NCBI GenBank assembly: GCA_002256025.1
Contig: NKIB01012336.1
Coordinates: forward strand, 1-64,000
Length of the DNA: 64,000 nt
Direction: 5' to 3'
From: Asterionella formosa
Taxonomy: Eukaryota
Under the pieces are notes generated by a model. That model was not told the origin of the DNA and did not search any database. It saw only the letters and a program-made list of their open reading frames with translations. This document shows positions 25,228 to 36,982 of this stretch, in pieces. The position numbers and the translations under genes were made by a program. Each line of letters begins with the position of its first letter. The stretch's first letter is position 1.

Positions 25228-26208
25228 CTATATTCTTACAATCATACATGTTATATCGTCGACCTTGCCTTCTATTGGCAAATCGCTAATCCATGCTCGC
25301 TTTGCTGCTTCCGCCAAGAGTCGACCCGAATCTTGAAAGTCATGATTTACAGACCTCATTACAACATCTTTCACTTGTTCATTTGACAAAACATCCCACA
25401 CCCCATCTGTCGCAAGGACTAGAGTACTCCCTTCATTCAGTACCGTCTGCTCCATTAAAATAGGTGTTGGCAAAATGCCGGCTCGCAACATGACCGAATT
25501 CCCCAATGAGCGTGTCATGGCAATTCCTTGTGGTCCATAAAAGATATTTCCAAAGGCGTCCACCCGCCCTTCTCCCGTCTTCACTCTGGTCGATTCTAAT
25601 GGCATGAGTTTGGTGATTGTTTCCAGTGTCAGGGGTATAATGGCATTATTACTGTCAATTAGTATGGCCCTCGAGTCACCAACATGACCCAATTCCAGGC
25701 GTGTCCCATTCATGATTACACCGACAATGCATGTCGTACCAGATCGACCTGCAGGCACGTTGGGATTCTGCATGGCCGACCATTGAGCCACGTGAAATGC
25801 CCGGCACAAGGGGTGTGAATAATGAACTCCGTCGTTGTCTTTGCCGATGTCTCTCAACCTCGCTTGATAGTCTTGTAAGTCTGCGTTCGGGACATGATCG
25901 ACAGACAAGAAGCACTCGTTCAAGATGGAGGGAAACTCGTGGCTCAAAAAGCGAGTCAGCAAATGCCCCTTGAGTCCATGGCCATCCATGACTCCAAAGG
26001 CGACTGTCTTGCCATCGTCTAATTCGTGATGGAAGAATGAGTCTTGGTTGACCTTGGAGGGTCGATCGGGATCACTTCCTGGTAACGAATAGGAGGAAAT
26101 CGACAACTGAAGAGCGAATTGATGGCGATGAAGTGGCGCGAACGACGGAAACGCAAAGGAGGCTGAAGAAAGGAGCGAGAGGGGAATTGAAGATTTTAGG
26201 AATCGCAT
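25228..26208 (-). CDS. PP2C/PPM protein phosphatase with an N-terminal targeting presequence
   Basis: NQD, GVMDGHG, SGTT, HVGDSRA, MTRSLG, ATDGVWD and DDIT motifs. Confidence 0.9.
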   Translation of the reverse strand: MRFLKSSIPLSLLSSASFAFPSFAPLHRHQFALQLSISSYSLPGSDPDRPSKVNQDSFFHHELDDGKTVAFGVMDGHGLKGHLLTRFLSHEFPSILNECFLSVDHVPNADLQDYQARLRDIGKDNDGVHYSHPLCRAFHVAQWSAMQNPNVPAGRSGTTCIVGVIMNGTRLELGHVGDSRAILIDSNNAIIPLTLETITKLMPLESTRVKTGEGRVDAFGNIFYGPQGIAMTRSLGNSVMLRAGILPTPILMEQTVLNEGSTLVLATDGVWDVLSNEQVKDVVMRSVNHDFQDSGRLLAEAAKRAWISDLPIEGKVDDITCMIVRI

Positions 26209-27013
26209 TGGTACCCGTCGGATTCTTCTTATATCTCTTTTTCGTAAGTGCGTAGTTTAAAATGGAACACGTAAAATGGTGTTCATCAAGGGTGATTTAT
26301 GTAATGCCATTGAGATGATTTACATCGCGGTACGAATAGAAGCAATGGAATTTGTGTTTGATTGCATCCCGTCGTATAAAATGGCTTTGCGTATGGTGTG
26401 TACACAGGTATAGTAATGAAAAAAAATACAGGTATCATGCACATCATGCATCACAAATCAAATCCATATTACCGGTACACACACTGGAGGAAAGTACGGT
26501 ATAAACTATATGCATCAAAGGATTACCGGTATGTGTTATGTACCGTTATATCCCAGCAATTGCAATGGACAACATAACCGGGTGTGCAACACAATCCATC
26601 AGGTCAAAACGTATTCTGCATCTACGTACTAAGAAGGTATTGCTTTTTGAGCAATGCAGTCATCGATGGGATATCGGCTAATATATACCGCCGGGAATAG
26701 TCTACCGTTATGTGTCTAACCCATTTACGGGAATTTCAGTTCATTTGCATGAGGCCTTCTCCTAGTATGCGTAGTATCTTGTAAGAGTTGTCTACCCTGA
26801 TGGTAGGTCTACTGGTCTTTATATAGACATAGGCAGCATGCAGAAGCTATAGGTTTTTACGAGGTTACTACCTACCGAAACTTGGAGACAAACAACACGA
26901 AAGATTGGAAATTTTGTGATTGTTTGGCAACAAGATTTCGAAGGCGAAGAACAAGCTAGGTAAAAGGCAAGACTTTTAGAAACGCCTGCAAATGATATTG
27001 ATGCCTTGTCGCT

Positions 27014-28124
27014 TTAGACCTAATAGTAGTAACAAAAGTGGAATGGCAGACAAGAATGCACGACGTTAGTCATACAAAACGTAGCAATTCAACCGCTTTG
27101 GACGGTTCATATGGTGCGAGCAACCACATTGCGACACAATCAATTTGCTGTGCTTTACTACTTTTACATACCGCTGGGATGGGGACTTTAGTTTCCTTGG
27201 GTGCTGCCTTGGGTGCCTTGGTTGCAGTGGGATCCTTGGTAGCCTTGGGGGGCTGTTGTTGGAGAAGCAAGAACCAAAAAATAGTGTAAGACATTTTCTC
27301 GTGTAGTCGTAGCTAGCTGCCAACCAGTTTGCTGTTTCCAGCGCAGCACTCCACGGTATGTGGGTGGCTGATTTGACGATGATGGGAACGTGTCGATGTA
27401 GTTTAGCTACTACGTACCTTCGTATCGACGCCTTTGAGGATTCTAGTGCCCTTTTTATGCTTCTTCTTTCAAAAAGGCAGAAAAACGCATGGAGGAATAT
27501 TAATGCAAAAGGTTAGCCATAATGCATGTCATCAATCACGCACCAAACATGAATAGAACGAAGCAGTTCCATGAGCTTGCTTGTGCACACTCTTCCATGT
27601 TGTGGCTACACGCATCCATCAAGAAAGGTGGTGGTCTAGTACCAGTACATACCTTGGGGACTTTTGGGACCTTGGTGGGTGCCAATGGTGGCGTGGAGGC
27701 AGTGGGTGCCGCGATGGATACGATGGGTGCCGCCGTTGGTGACTTTGGTTTTTTGTGTGTCTGTTGTAAAAGAAACAAGACGGTGCAAAATTGTGAGACA
27801 CTGGTTATTGCGCTTCGTCTTGCTTGTTAGTGGGGTCCGCTTAGCTAGTAGTATTGCAACCCGTACGTACCTTTCGGTCAAGTTTGAGGACTCTATCCTG
27901 TTAGTATGGCGAAGGCGACGCATGATAGCATGCCAGTGTTAGAAGGAGTCACAACCAAATTAGTTTCGATGCTCCTCGAGCTTCTTATTCCACCGTTGAT
28001 TTCAATAATGATTGGTCAATCCGCATCAACGTGGTATTCTACATACCTCAGAGGTCTCAATGGGGTCGGCCATGGTCGAGTGGACGATTGCAGCGACCAA
28101 GAGGAGAGAACGAATAGCCTTCAT
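27014..28124 (-). CDS. Silaffin-like secreted Lys/Pro/Thr-rich precursor, 115 aa; exons 28124-28047, 27897-27871, 27760-27653, 27465-27418, 27252-27172, 27019-27014
   Basis: Five phase-0 GTA(T/C)GT...AG introns give a signal peptide, RVL and RIL sites, and KXXK repeats. Confidence 0.72.
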
Positions 28125-30862
28125 GTCGATGGTTGTATGAAAAAAAATGAGAAACACGTTTATAAAATGTACTGTTCTTAGTTTATGTACCTTACCTTGC
28201 TTCATTTGCTTTCTGAGTGATGACAATAAGTCAACAATTAGCTGGCTCGCTCGTCACATTGTACTTGATTCCTTATAAAGGTACTGAGCATGACCCTGCG
28301 ATGTGTGAATAACTGCGGTTGTTTCCACAGAAGAGTACCGGGTGGTCCATTGAGATCAGCAAAGCAATAAAACAAAATGACCAAGCAAGATCGCTCAGAC
28401 AATGAAGAATGAGATGGCTGTCAATATATATACTGGTAAATACATTTACATTTTCTAAACGTATGAGCGAATTGGGCCTGAAGTTCACCTGCCTTTCTTT
28501 ATTGCCGCCGCATTCATATGAATATTTGAATAGAGGCCATATTTATGTGAAAACATGCTTAGGACGGGTATGCACGACGTTGAGTTGACGTTGAAAGGGC
28601 ATGGTCATAGGTCGGGTTATAGGTTTGTATCTATCCGTACGTACATAAATCACCTCGCAGGTACTAGTTGGAGAGCATTCTCCTAAGAGGTACGCTCAGG
28701 AGTACCGCAGGTGTACTTAGAGTAAACAATGACCGGCAATAAATATCGGATTTCTTTGTTTTGCTTCGAGGGTGCCAGGGTATACTTGATCCCAAGTCAG
28801 TGTTCACAACCGTTTTTGTAAGCATACCGGTAGTTCCGTCTACAATATGTAAACAGTCACATGCTTTCAATTGCCCTGTCGCCCGGCTGACTCGTACTTC
28901 GGTCTTGTTGTCGTATGGCTGGCTCGCATTGTTCTAGTATTCATGTCCTAGTCATTTCCGATTGCCATACATATTTAAAATGCCCTCTATATCGATCTTG
29001 CCCCAACCATACATTGTAAAGTAGTGCCTCTGCTGCTAGCTCTCAGCCGAGTACCTGGAACCTTCGCATTGTTTGCACTCCGTAACACTTGAATTGCTTG
29101 CTTGCTGATTTGACAATCTTTGTGCTTCAACTTGTTTCTTATTGCATCTGCACCAGATACATCTACCGGTGTATACAAGCCAAGTAATGCACAACTCTAC
29201 TTTTCGAAATTTCATGTACAATGCATGTGGTCTGAATAATTTGTTCCCCTCCTGCTTTTTCTGATAAGATAACTTTTAATGGGTTTCATGTGAACAAGTT
29301 TCATTGAACTCTAGACTGAATTCTTAGTTAATGTTTCAAATATTCCTTTCAATGTTCAACTTACATTACTTTCTTCATAGCCTAGTATGAGGAAATTTTA
29401 AGTCTGGAATGCTGCCAAGAAGATTTGCTGAGAGATGAAGAAGTCGAAAATCGCAAATTGCCACGATTTCATAATTTCAGAGATTCATCACTCATATGTC
29501 GGTATGTAGAAACCATTGTAGACTTTGATCACAACAGGGTAACCCAAGTAAAGTGAACACTACAACTTAAATTGTCAACATCTCCAGCATTGTCACTTTG
29601 TCTTCATCCACTTGTCTTGATTGCTTGGTGTCTCATCTTGCAGCATCTCATGGGTTGATTGTAGTGTTCAGGTAGCCGCTTGGAGCTGAGGGCATTGCGC
29701 ACATTCTCCTTGATAAGAAAATGAGATGGAGAAAAACCTTCTTTCAGTAAGTAACAAGCAGCAGACCACTAAATATCATAGTAATTCATTTTGTCCACCA
29801 GAATCTCACTCTCTTGTCCCTTTTCATTCCTCTTCTTTCTTGTGGAAGCAGCGATAATGATGACATGAGGAGGAATGGATTAATTTCACAGATAACTTTC
29901 GCCATGGAAGTCAAAATATCCTTCAAATCGGACATTTGGTAACCAGATAAGGAACTGATTGGCGAAGGTTTCAAGCAGTAACATGACCATCAACAGATCA
30001 GCAGAGACAAGCATAGCAACTAAATGAGAATTTGAATGGACAAATGCAGCAACATAGGATTGGCAAAATGCGATCCTACTAGAACTTGCTGACAATGATT
30101 AGATGTTGCTGACAATGACTAGAATTTGCTGACTACGACTAGATTACTGAATGGTGAATTCCATTAGTAAACTGTCTTCCAGTTGCTAAATACCATTACC
30201 ATTAGTAGTAGGTGAAGACAATTTCAGAGCACGACTTGGATTTAATGTTTGATGATTTAACATTATAGAAAGTTACTGAAGAGAGTCAGGAATGGAAAGA
30301 CAGTCTATCTCGTCTGGTAGGCATGAAGCTTGGGACGAGTCACTGGGTGTGAGTTGAAACTGAAAAAGTGCGCATAAAACGTGCGATACCCAGCCTTCAT
30401 GGTGCGTGCTTATTTACATAAAAAAAAACTCTAGAAATAATGAGAAGCTATATTGTAGTCCCTTTCCATATGTATTCTACACAATTACTAAATGGATTCT
30501 CATTTTTTTCTACTTTCAATGAGCGAAGTCTATGTTCCTTCAGGTGACCTATTTTTCAAAAATGCATAAATTCCCATAAATTTCATTTCATGCAAACGGA
30601 AAGGGAAACAGGTATATTCCTTATTTCAACATTTCAAACGTGACTTCGCCCTTCCTGGTGATATCGCTTTTTCGTTTTCTGGACCTTATTTCATTGTTTA
30701 GTGTACATCTGTTTCTAGGTTCTCCATCCGATTGTTTGTCGTAACCTGTTCATCACTGAGAATTCGACACCACTCTGTACGAACATCCTCTTGATCCTGT
30801 TGGTTCCCCATCAACCCTAGCTACCTGCCGAGATTTAAGCAATCGGTCCTTATTCTTGGAGA

Positions 30863-32618
30863 ATGCTTCGCAAGTCTCCCTGTAAAATCAGCTGGATTAT
30901 TTTCCTTGTGTCCTTTGCGGTATTATTGGGAGCGAAAAGGAGTCAGTCCATGTTGCCAAGATGTGCGATTTCTTCGATGGCAAGGCCAACGTCCATTTGC
31001 TTCGTTGCAGGATTTAGATCTCAGAGAGAGGCTCTTGTGCATCCATCTCTAACATCCACAGCCATAGCTGCTCGGCGTGGGGTTGGATCAGTGAGGACGA
31101 GATCCTTCCTCCGGGAGCTTCGTCTTGTTGTAGGTGATGTTATTGCCGCTATAGGACTTATTGAAGCTGTTATTGTGGGCCTAGTTATGGACAAGACACA
31201 GCATTCTTGGGAATTGATACACAGTATAGATAAACTTCGAAATTATCTTCGGAAAAGCGGTGTTCAGTTGGAGTTGGAAGGTGCGCTGACACCAAGGTTT
31301 GCGACCAACTTGCTGATTCTGCGGAAAATCCAACAGATCTCCTTGGATCACGGGGAAAACATGTGTGAAACCCATGGAAGTTCAATCACCACAGTCGATG
31401 AAGAGGCACTAAGGTACAGTGTGAACACTTCGTTTGATTATTTAATTTGATAGTGTAGCGCTCATCGCCTTCGAATATCTTTCGGATCACGTTTCCCGAT
31501 TGCTTTTAGGTTCATGCGCTACGCTAATGCTGCTTATGGTACAAAGGTCATGCGAGCCGCAGAATATGCTACGCAGGGGAAGATTATCACGCGTAGCAAT
31601 TCGTTCACTAAAGAGCGAATCATCTGCCATATCTTAGAACAAGCTAATGCAACCACAGTTGGTCCAAATGCAACAATTGATGTTAAAATCATCACGGAGG
31701 CTAATGCTAAGGAGAAATATTTGAGGCACTTCGTGGCAGTAGACCATTATAAGAAAGCAGTAGTTTTGTCCTTGCGAGGAACTTTCAATCTTCCAGAGAT
31801 GTTGGACGATGTTGTTGCTTTCTCAGGTACGAAAGTGTTGTCAAATGCCGCCTATCAACTCCTGCCTTCTAAATATGAACTGACTTGATCGCACTCATGG
31901 AACATTTTCCATTTCCTCCACAGCACCATTTCTTGGAGGCGAAGCACATTCCGCGATTGCTGAACTGGCAAATAAAACTTGGGAAAAGGCCAGCTGTACT
32001 GTCAAAGACGCTCTCGAAAAAAACGAGGGTTACGACCTAGTGTTAACAGGTCACAGTCTTGGAGGTGGCGCAGCCTGTCTACTAAACCTACTGCTACATG
32101 AGAACAATGGTCAACTAGTGAATGGCAGAAGTGCGAGGTGTTTTGCTTTTGCGTCGCCACCTGTATTTAGTCCGATTGCATTAGCACCTGAAGCAATGAA
32201 AAACGCAGTTAATTTCATCCACAAGGATGATGTTGTGCCATTCTTATCTATAGATTCAGTGCGACGTCTCGGCGCTGGTATTATTAAAATTGATGATGTG
32301 ACGAAAAAGATTGGATGGTTAAAAAGCTCCCAGCTCGCAACCGGGTCTGAACCAATCAATGAAGAGCTTCTCATGAGTGTGAACAAAGCATTGAATCAAG
32401 ATTTGAAAACGATAGAAGGAGCACCGGCCCTTTGCATCCCTGTGGGGGAAAACATTTGGTTGACTGAGGCACCCACGAAGGGAGGTCAATACATTGCTAA
32501 AAAAATTGATTCTTTGCATTTGCTACCTCATGGAATACAGTGGAGGACGTGCATGATACAAGATCACATTGCATCAAGATATGTGTGTGCCTTGAAGAAC
32601 GTCATCAAGACAAGGTAA
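30863..32618 (+). CDS. Class-3 lipase (DAG-lipase-like), 3 exons (introns ~31414-31509 and ~31827-31923)
   Basis: YANAAYG, VVLSLRGT, LTGHSLGGG, FASPP, DDVVP and QDH motifs. Confidence 0.88.
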
Positions 32619-32681
32619 ATTGGAAGTTGCTTCTTAACCAAAGTGTTTCTCGTTTTAAGTTTGTGTCTAGTAATAAATGTG

Positions 32682-34262
32682 TTACTACCATAGCTTAAGA
32701 GTTCCTTTTTTGGTCCTTCCATTGCTGAAGGCTATAAATAATCGCTTTCATTGGATGGTGCAAAATACTTGCTATTTCAGGGCAGCTGACATCTAAATGT
32801 GACATCGCCCGCTGTCAGTGACGGCGCACAACCGTTGCTAGAAAGACGGAATTTTCATTCGTCACATCAAAAGAGCGAAGAACTCGCCTGTTCGCTGATA
32901 CAAGAAAACCCCCACGTCCGCAAGGGATCACAATCATTAATTGAACCTGAATGTGAAAAGGAATCAGTGAGTGGACATTGGGGCTACCACTCTCCGCAGA
33001 GGAGTCATCTTCCACATGAATAACTATTGACGTGCCAATGTCGGTCAACTGCACGCCCAGCGATGTTGGCGGGAGGATCGTTATATGTTCTGCAGACTTG
33101 CCGTACCACGCTTGTTCTGTTCCATCCGTGGAAGCCGTAAATACTTGAAACACTCCCTCTCCAAGTACATTATACTAACAACTGTTGACATCGCTAGAGT
33201 GCCCCGAAACTCTTTCAGTAACAGGGATGTCCTTAATGAGGATTCGCGACAAGCTCCATCATGACTGGCAGGCAGCATCTGGGGCACCCATCCGGAGAAA
33301 AGCAGAGGTACAAATGGACTGACCGGGACACGCAGAAATTGTGCGGAGACACGAATCTGTTTCTAGTCCTAATGCCTTTACATCACCGTTTGCATCCCAT
33401 GTGGCCAGTAACAGTCCATCATTGCTTCTAGCAATACATGTTACACTTGAGTAATCATGACGCATGAATTCTTCGTTGTTGGTTAATTAAGTCCAATCGT
33501 TTCGTAAATTTCGGTGTGGATCCCAAACTGCAAGTCATCCATATGATTATCCGGTAACTAATCCAGATCCATCTGGAATGCATATTGCAGCTTTACAAGT
33601 GGCATTTTTCAATATGAAATAATTGTGGAATAGACCGAAGAAGGGAGGAATTCCTTGATACCCGGCGGTATCTTCAATGGCTGACGTTGGCAGCACTCGT
33701 GACACTCCCAAAACAAGATCAAGTTTGCATTTACGCTACGTCTGAAATGCCGTTCTAATTCAAGAAATACTTGTCATTGGAGGTTCGCCAGTATTTCTTG
33801 CCGCTTGATGGCTTGTTGAAGCAATGTTGTGAGGCGAAAAGCTCGTAATTATTGAGAAGAGCTTGACAGATTTTCTCCCTTGTTTTCCCATTGGTCCACT
33901 CAAGTAATCATCATTTGCTAAGGTTCAGAACAGTATGTATGATTTAGATGTTCTGCAACAAGCCGCATGGTCAAATGAGTCGGTTCCACCCCACTTCTCC
34001 AGTTTCTGCCAGATCTAAAATCGCCATTTCGCAAACATCGGCCAGTAGATCATTAGGAATTCCGCACTTGAGCACGTCAATGGTTTCTATGCTGGCAAGG
34101 ATAGCACCCCAATTTCCGTTGGTCGCTCACGTGTTCCAGATCCTATAGGCCACGCCGGCCCCACAAAGGCCAGATTCTTCACGCAGAATCCGACAACTTT
34201 CTGAGAGACTGGATCAATCGCACAATGTCGGACGAATCGATCTTCAGTTCGTTGGTGGCCAT
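32682..34262 (-). pseudogene. SMU1: SMU1 (WD40 spliceosomal protein) pseudogene
   Basis: Fragments in order: IDSSDIVRLI, GNWGAIL...CEMAILDLAETGE, PDGSGLVTG, LKEFRG, TASTDGT, HHP...GTLKLW. Many stops and frameshifts. Confidence 0.8.
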
Positions 34263-34617
34263 ATCTTTATGTTCATTGCAACCACTGATGGATTCCACTT
34301 TGTGATGGCAGCCGTCAGGCATGCATCGACTTTCCGGGATCGGTGAATTCCTACGACATGTACTTAATCGTGCTACCGGTAAATGGACGTTGGACTGTGC
34401 CGTAGACTTTATATGGGAGATATATCTTCCATTATAAAAAAAATCTTGGCAATCATTATCATCCATGACATAATTATAATTTCGCTAGAGGTAATAAACC
34501 AGTAAAAGAGGTTCGAAAAAAGGCAATTGTTAACAGCAACATCAATAGATCATCACAACACGGTACCCAGTATTCCTATAGAAGCTCCGATTCGTCTTGC
34601 TTTCCTATTTATCAATC

Positions 34618-36330
34618 ATGTCAACTCCCTCCTCGTTTGAACGTCTATATCGATCTGAAACTGCGTCAACATCTGCCAAGCGTCATAATGCTACACACAA
34701 TCCCATTCCATCCGCCAGTGCCAGCGGCGGCAGTCGCAGCGACACTTCGGCTCCTCCTCGTCCTGTACGAGGAGAGCCTTCCCATTTACCTCGCGTCGCT
34801 ACGCTTCCGAGTCCTTCCCGGCTGGTGGTGAGTCGTTCCAGGATTTCATCCTCGCTACAAAATCCCCCATCGAAACCGAAAGCAAAGGTCCCAACTGTGA
34901 GCATGACAATGACATCTGCTCCTACTGCGACAAGAAGTTCTGCAGTAATGACAAAAGCTGTAGTAACTAAAAAATCAAATTCCACGAAACCTGAAGTAAC
35001 AACCAAAGTTACTATCGTACCTGCAACGAGAACTGGAAATAAATCAAAGGCTGTCACTAAAAACACAGCACCCACTGCAAAAAAGGTACTATCTCAACCA
35101 AAGCAGAGGACGTCTAAAGCCCCTTCATCGGCAACAATGATTCTAAATGAAAAGGAAGAAATTCCAATATCATCAGACAATAACACTTCAAATTTCCCAG
35201 TAGTTACATTGATAAAGAATGTACCATGCAAGGATGAAGCTGTAATTGAAGAGGCAGTGCTAGACCACATACCATCGGCGGTCCTACACATGGATGTTCC
35301 ACCAAAAGACGAAGCTATGGCTCTATTTGATCGAATTGACTACAATGGAAATGGGTTTCTGTCTCTTGCTGAGCTAGACAAGGCGGTTCTGGAGCTATAT
35401 CCGGAATGGAACAATAAGCCTGCCATGATGAGAGCCTACAAGTCATGTGACACGAATGGAGATGGGTTCGTGAAACAACGAGAATTCGAGATGTTCCTTC
35501 GGTTCCTAGTTTATTACAACAATCTCTGGCATGATTTTTCCCAAGGCGACAATGATAAGGATCGACGATTGACAAAAGATGAGTTTTTGTCCCTTGCAGC
35601 CAAGATGGAGATAGAATCCCCCGAAGCTGCTTTTGAAGAGATGGACCAGAATAGTGGCGGAGTAGTCCTTTTCGATGAGTTTTGTACATGGATGGCCAAG
35701 AACAAAAGTGATTGGGGACTGGAAAGGAGGGACTACACTGAAACTACGACTCCTTCTCCAACAAGGGAGACTGCTACTTCTGAGTCCACACCAGGCCAAA
35801 CTCAGATTGATCATATATCTGCAAGTGAGGAAGCAGTGCCATCTTACATACCATCGGCTGTCCTGCATATGGATGTTCCACCAAAAGACGAAGCTATGGC
35901 TCTATTTGATCGAATTGACTACAATGGAAATGGGTTTCTGTCTCTTGCTGAGCTAGACAAGGCGGTTCTGGAGCTATATCCGGAATGGAACAATAAGCCT
36001 GCCATGATGAGGGCCTACAAATCATGTGACACGAATGGAGATGGGTTCGTGAAACAACGAGAATTCGAGATGTTCCTTCGGTACCTAGTTTACTACAACA
36101 ATCTTTGGCATGATTTTTCCCAAGGCGACAATGATAAGGATCGACGATTGACAAAAGATGAGTTTTTGTCCCTTGCAGCCAAGATGGAGATAGAATCCCC
36201 CGAAGCTGCTTTTGAAGAGATGGACCAGAATAGTGGCGGAGTAGTCCTTTTCGATGAGTTTTGTACATGGATGGCAAAGAACAAAGGAGAATGGGGAGTG
36301 GGGACTGTAGATGCTTCACACTCTAGTTAG
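34618..36330 (+). CDS. EF-hand protein with two near-identical calflagin/FCaBP-like domains and a basic S/T/K-rich N-terminus
   Basis: LFDRIDYNGNGFLSLAELDK, DTNGDGFV, DNDKDRRL and DQNSGGVVLFDEF are each present twice. Confidence 0.85.
   Translation: MSTPSSFERLYRSETASTSAKRHNATHNPIPSASASGGSRSDTSAPPRPVRGEPSHLPRVATLPSPSRLVVSRSRISSSLQNPPSKPKAKVPTVSMTMTSAPTATRSSAVMTKAVVTKKSNSTKPEVTTKVTIVPATRTGNKSKAVTKNTAPTAKKVLSQPKQRTSKAPSSATMILNEKEEIPISSDNNTSNFPVVTLIKNVPCKDEAVIEEAVLDHIPSAVLHMDVPPKDEAMALFDRIDYNGNGFLSLAELDKAVLELYPEWNNKPAMMRAYKSCDTNGDGFVKQREFEMFLRFLVYYNNLWHDFSQGDNDKDRRLTKDEFLSLAAKMEIESPEAAFEEMDQNSGGVVLFDEFCTWMAKNKSDWGLERRDYTETTTPSPTRETATSESTPGQTQIDHISASEEAVPSYIPSAVLHMDVPPKDEAMALFDRIDYNGNGFLSLAELDKAVLELYPEWNNKPAMMRAYKSCDTNGDGFVKQREFEMFLRYLVYYNNLWHDFSQGDNDKDRRLTKDEFLSLAAKMEIESPEAAFEEMDQNSGGVVLFDEFCTWMAKNKGEWGVGTVDASHSS
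35268..36287 (+). repeat. Intragenic ~440-bp direct repeat (period 579 bp)
   Basis: 35268-35708 and 35847-36287 are nearly identical. Confidence 0.95.
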
Positions 36331-36982
36331 GCTACGAAAGGGGCTTTATGATTTTACACCCAATTGAGATTGCCTTTTTGATTTTGCCTTGGAACTGTAA
36401 GTTAAATAAAGGAGTTATTCCAAGGGACAATGGGTATCTTGTTGGGGGTTAGGGAGGATTGACTAGTTTCTTCAGTAGGCTTTTTTTGTCAAAAGACTCT
36501 GTGTTAGCGTCCAGGAGTCATAATTCAGCATTGATTGAATCATTTTGTTGAGGAGGACATCATGTGGACTGTGTATTTGTCCGGATAAAATGATCGATGT
36601 ATCATTGCATGCTGATTTACACAAGTGCGAGAATTCAGAAGAGTATAATCCCTACAGTCTACCGGTAGTGGTATACCTATTTCTACTTGATCTTTTGAGG
36701 GAAATGCAATACAACACGTCCTGATGAAATTTTTTGTGACTAAACATTTCTTTGATTTCAATCAAATCAAGAAATTGCATTATTTAGATTCAGCTGCGAG
36801 AGCTTGTCGATGCAAAATCGCTGTAGTTTGTCAATGTACTCACAGAAAACAAAACTATTCCAGCCTCTGGTATTCAGTCACGTAATAAGCCACACTTTAA
36901 GCCCGCCACTTAGATACAAAAAATCCTTGAGTTGGTCTGTTGAGTGGCTATAGCGCTCTCTCAGATTGATGGGGATTCATGC

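Noticed and set aside
29200..30250. Degenerate minus-strand coding remnant
   Set aside because: Many stops and no identifiable domain.
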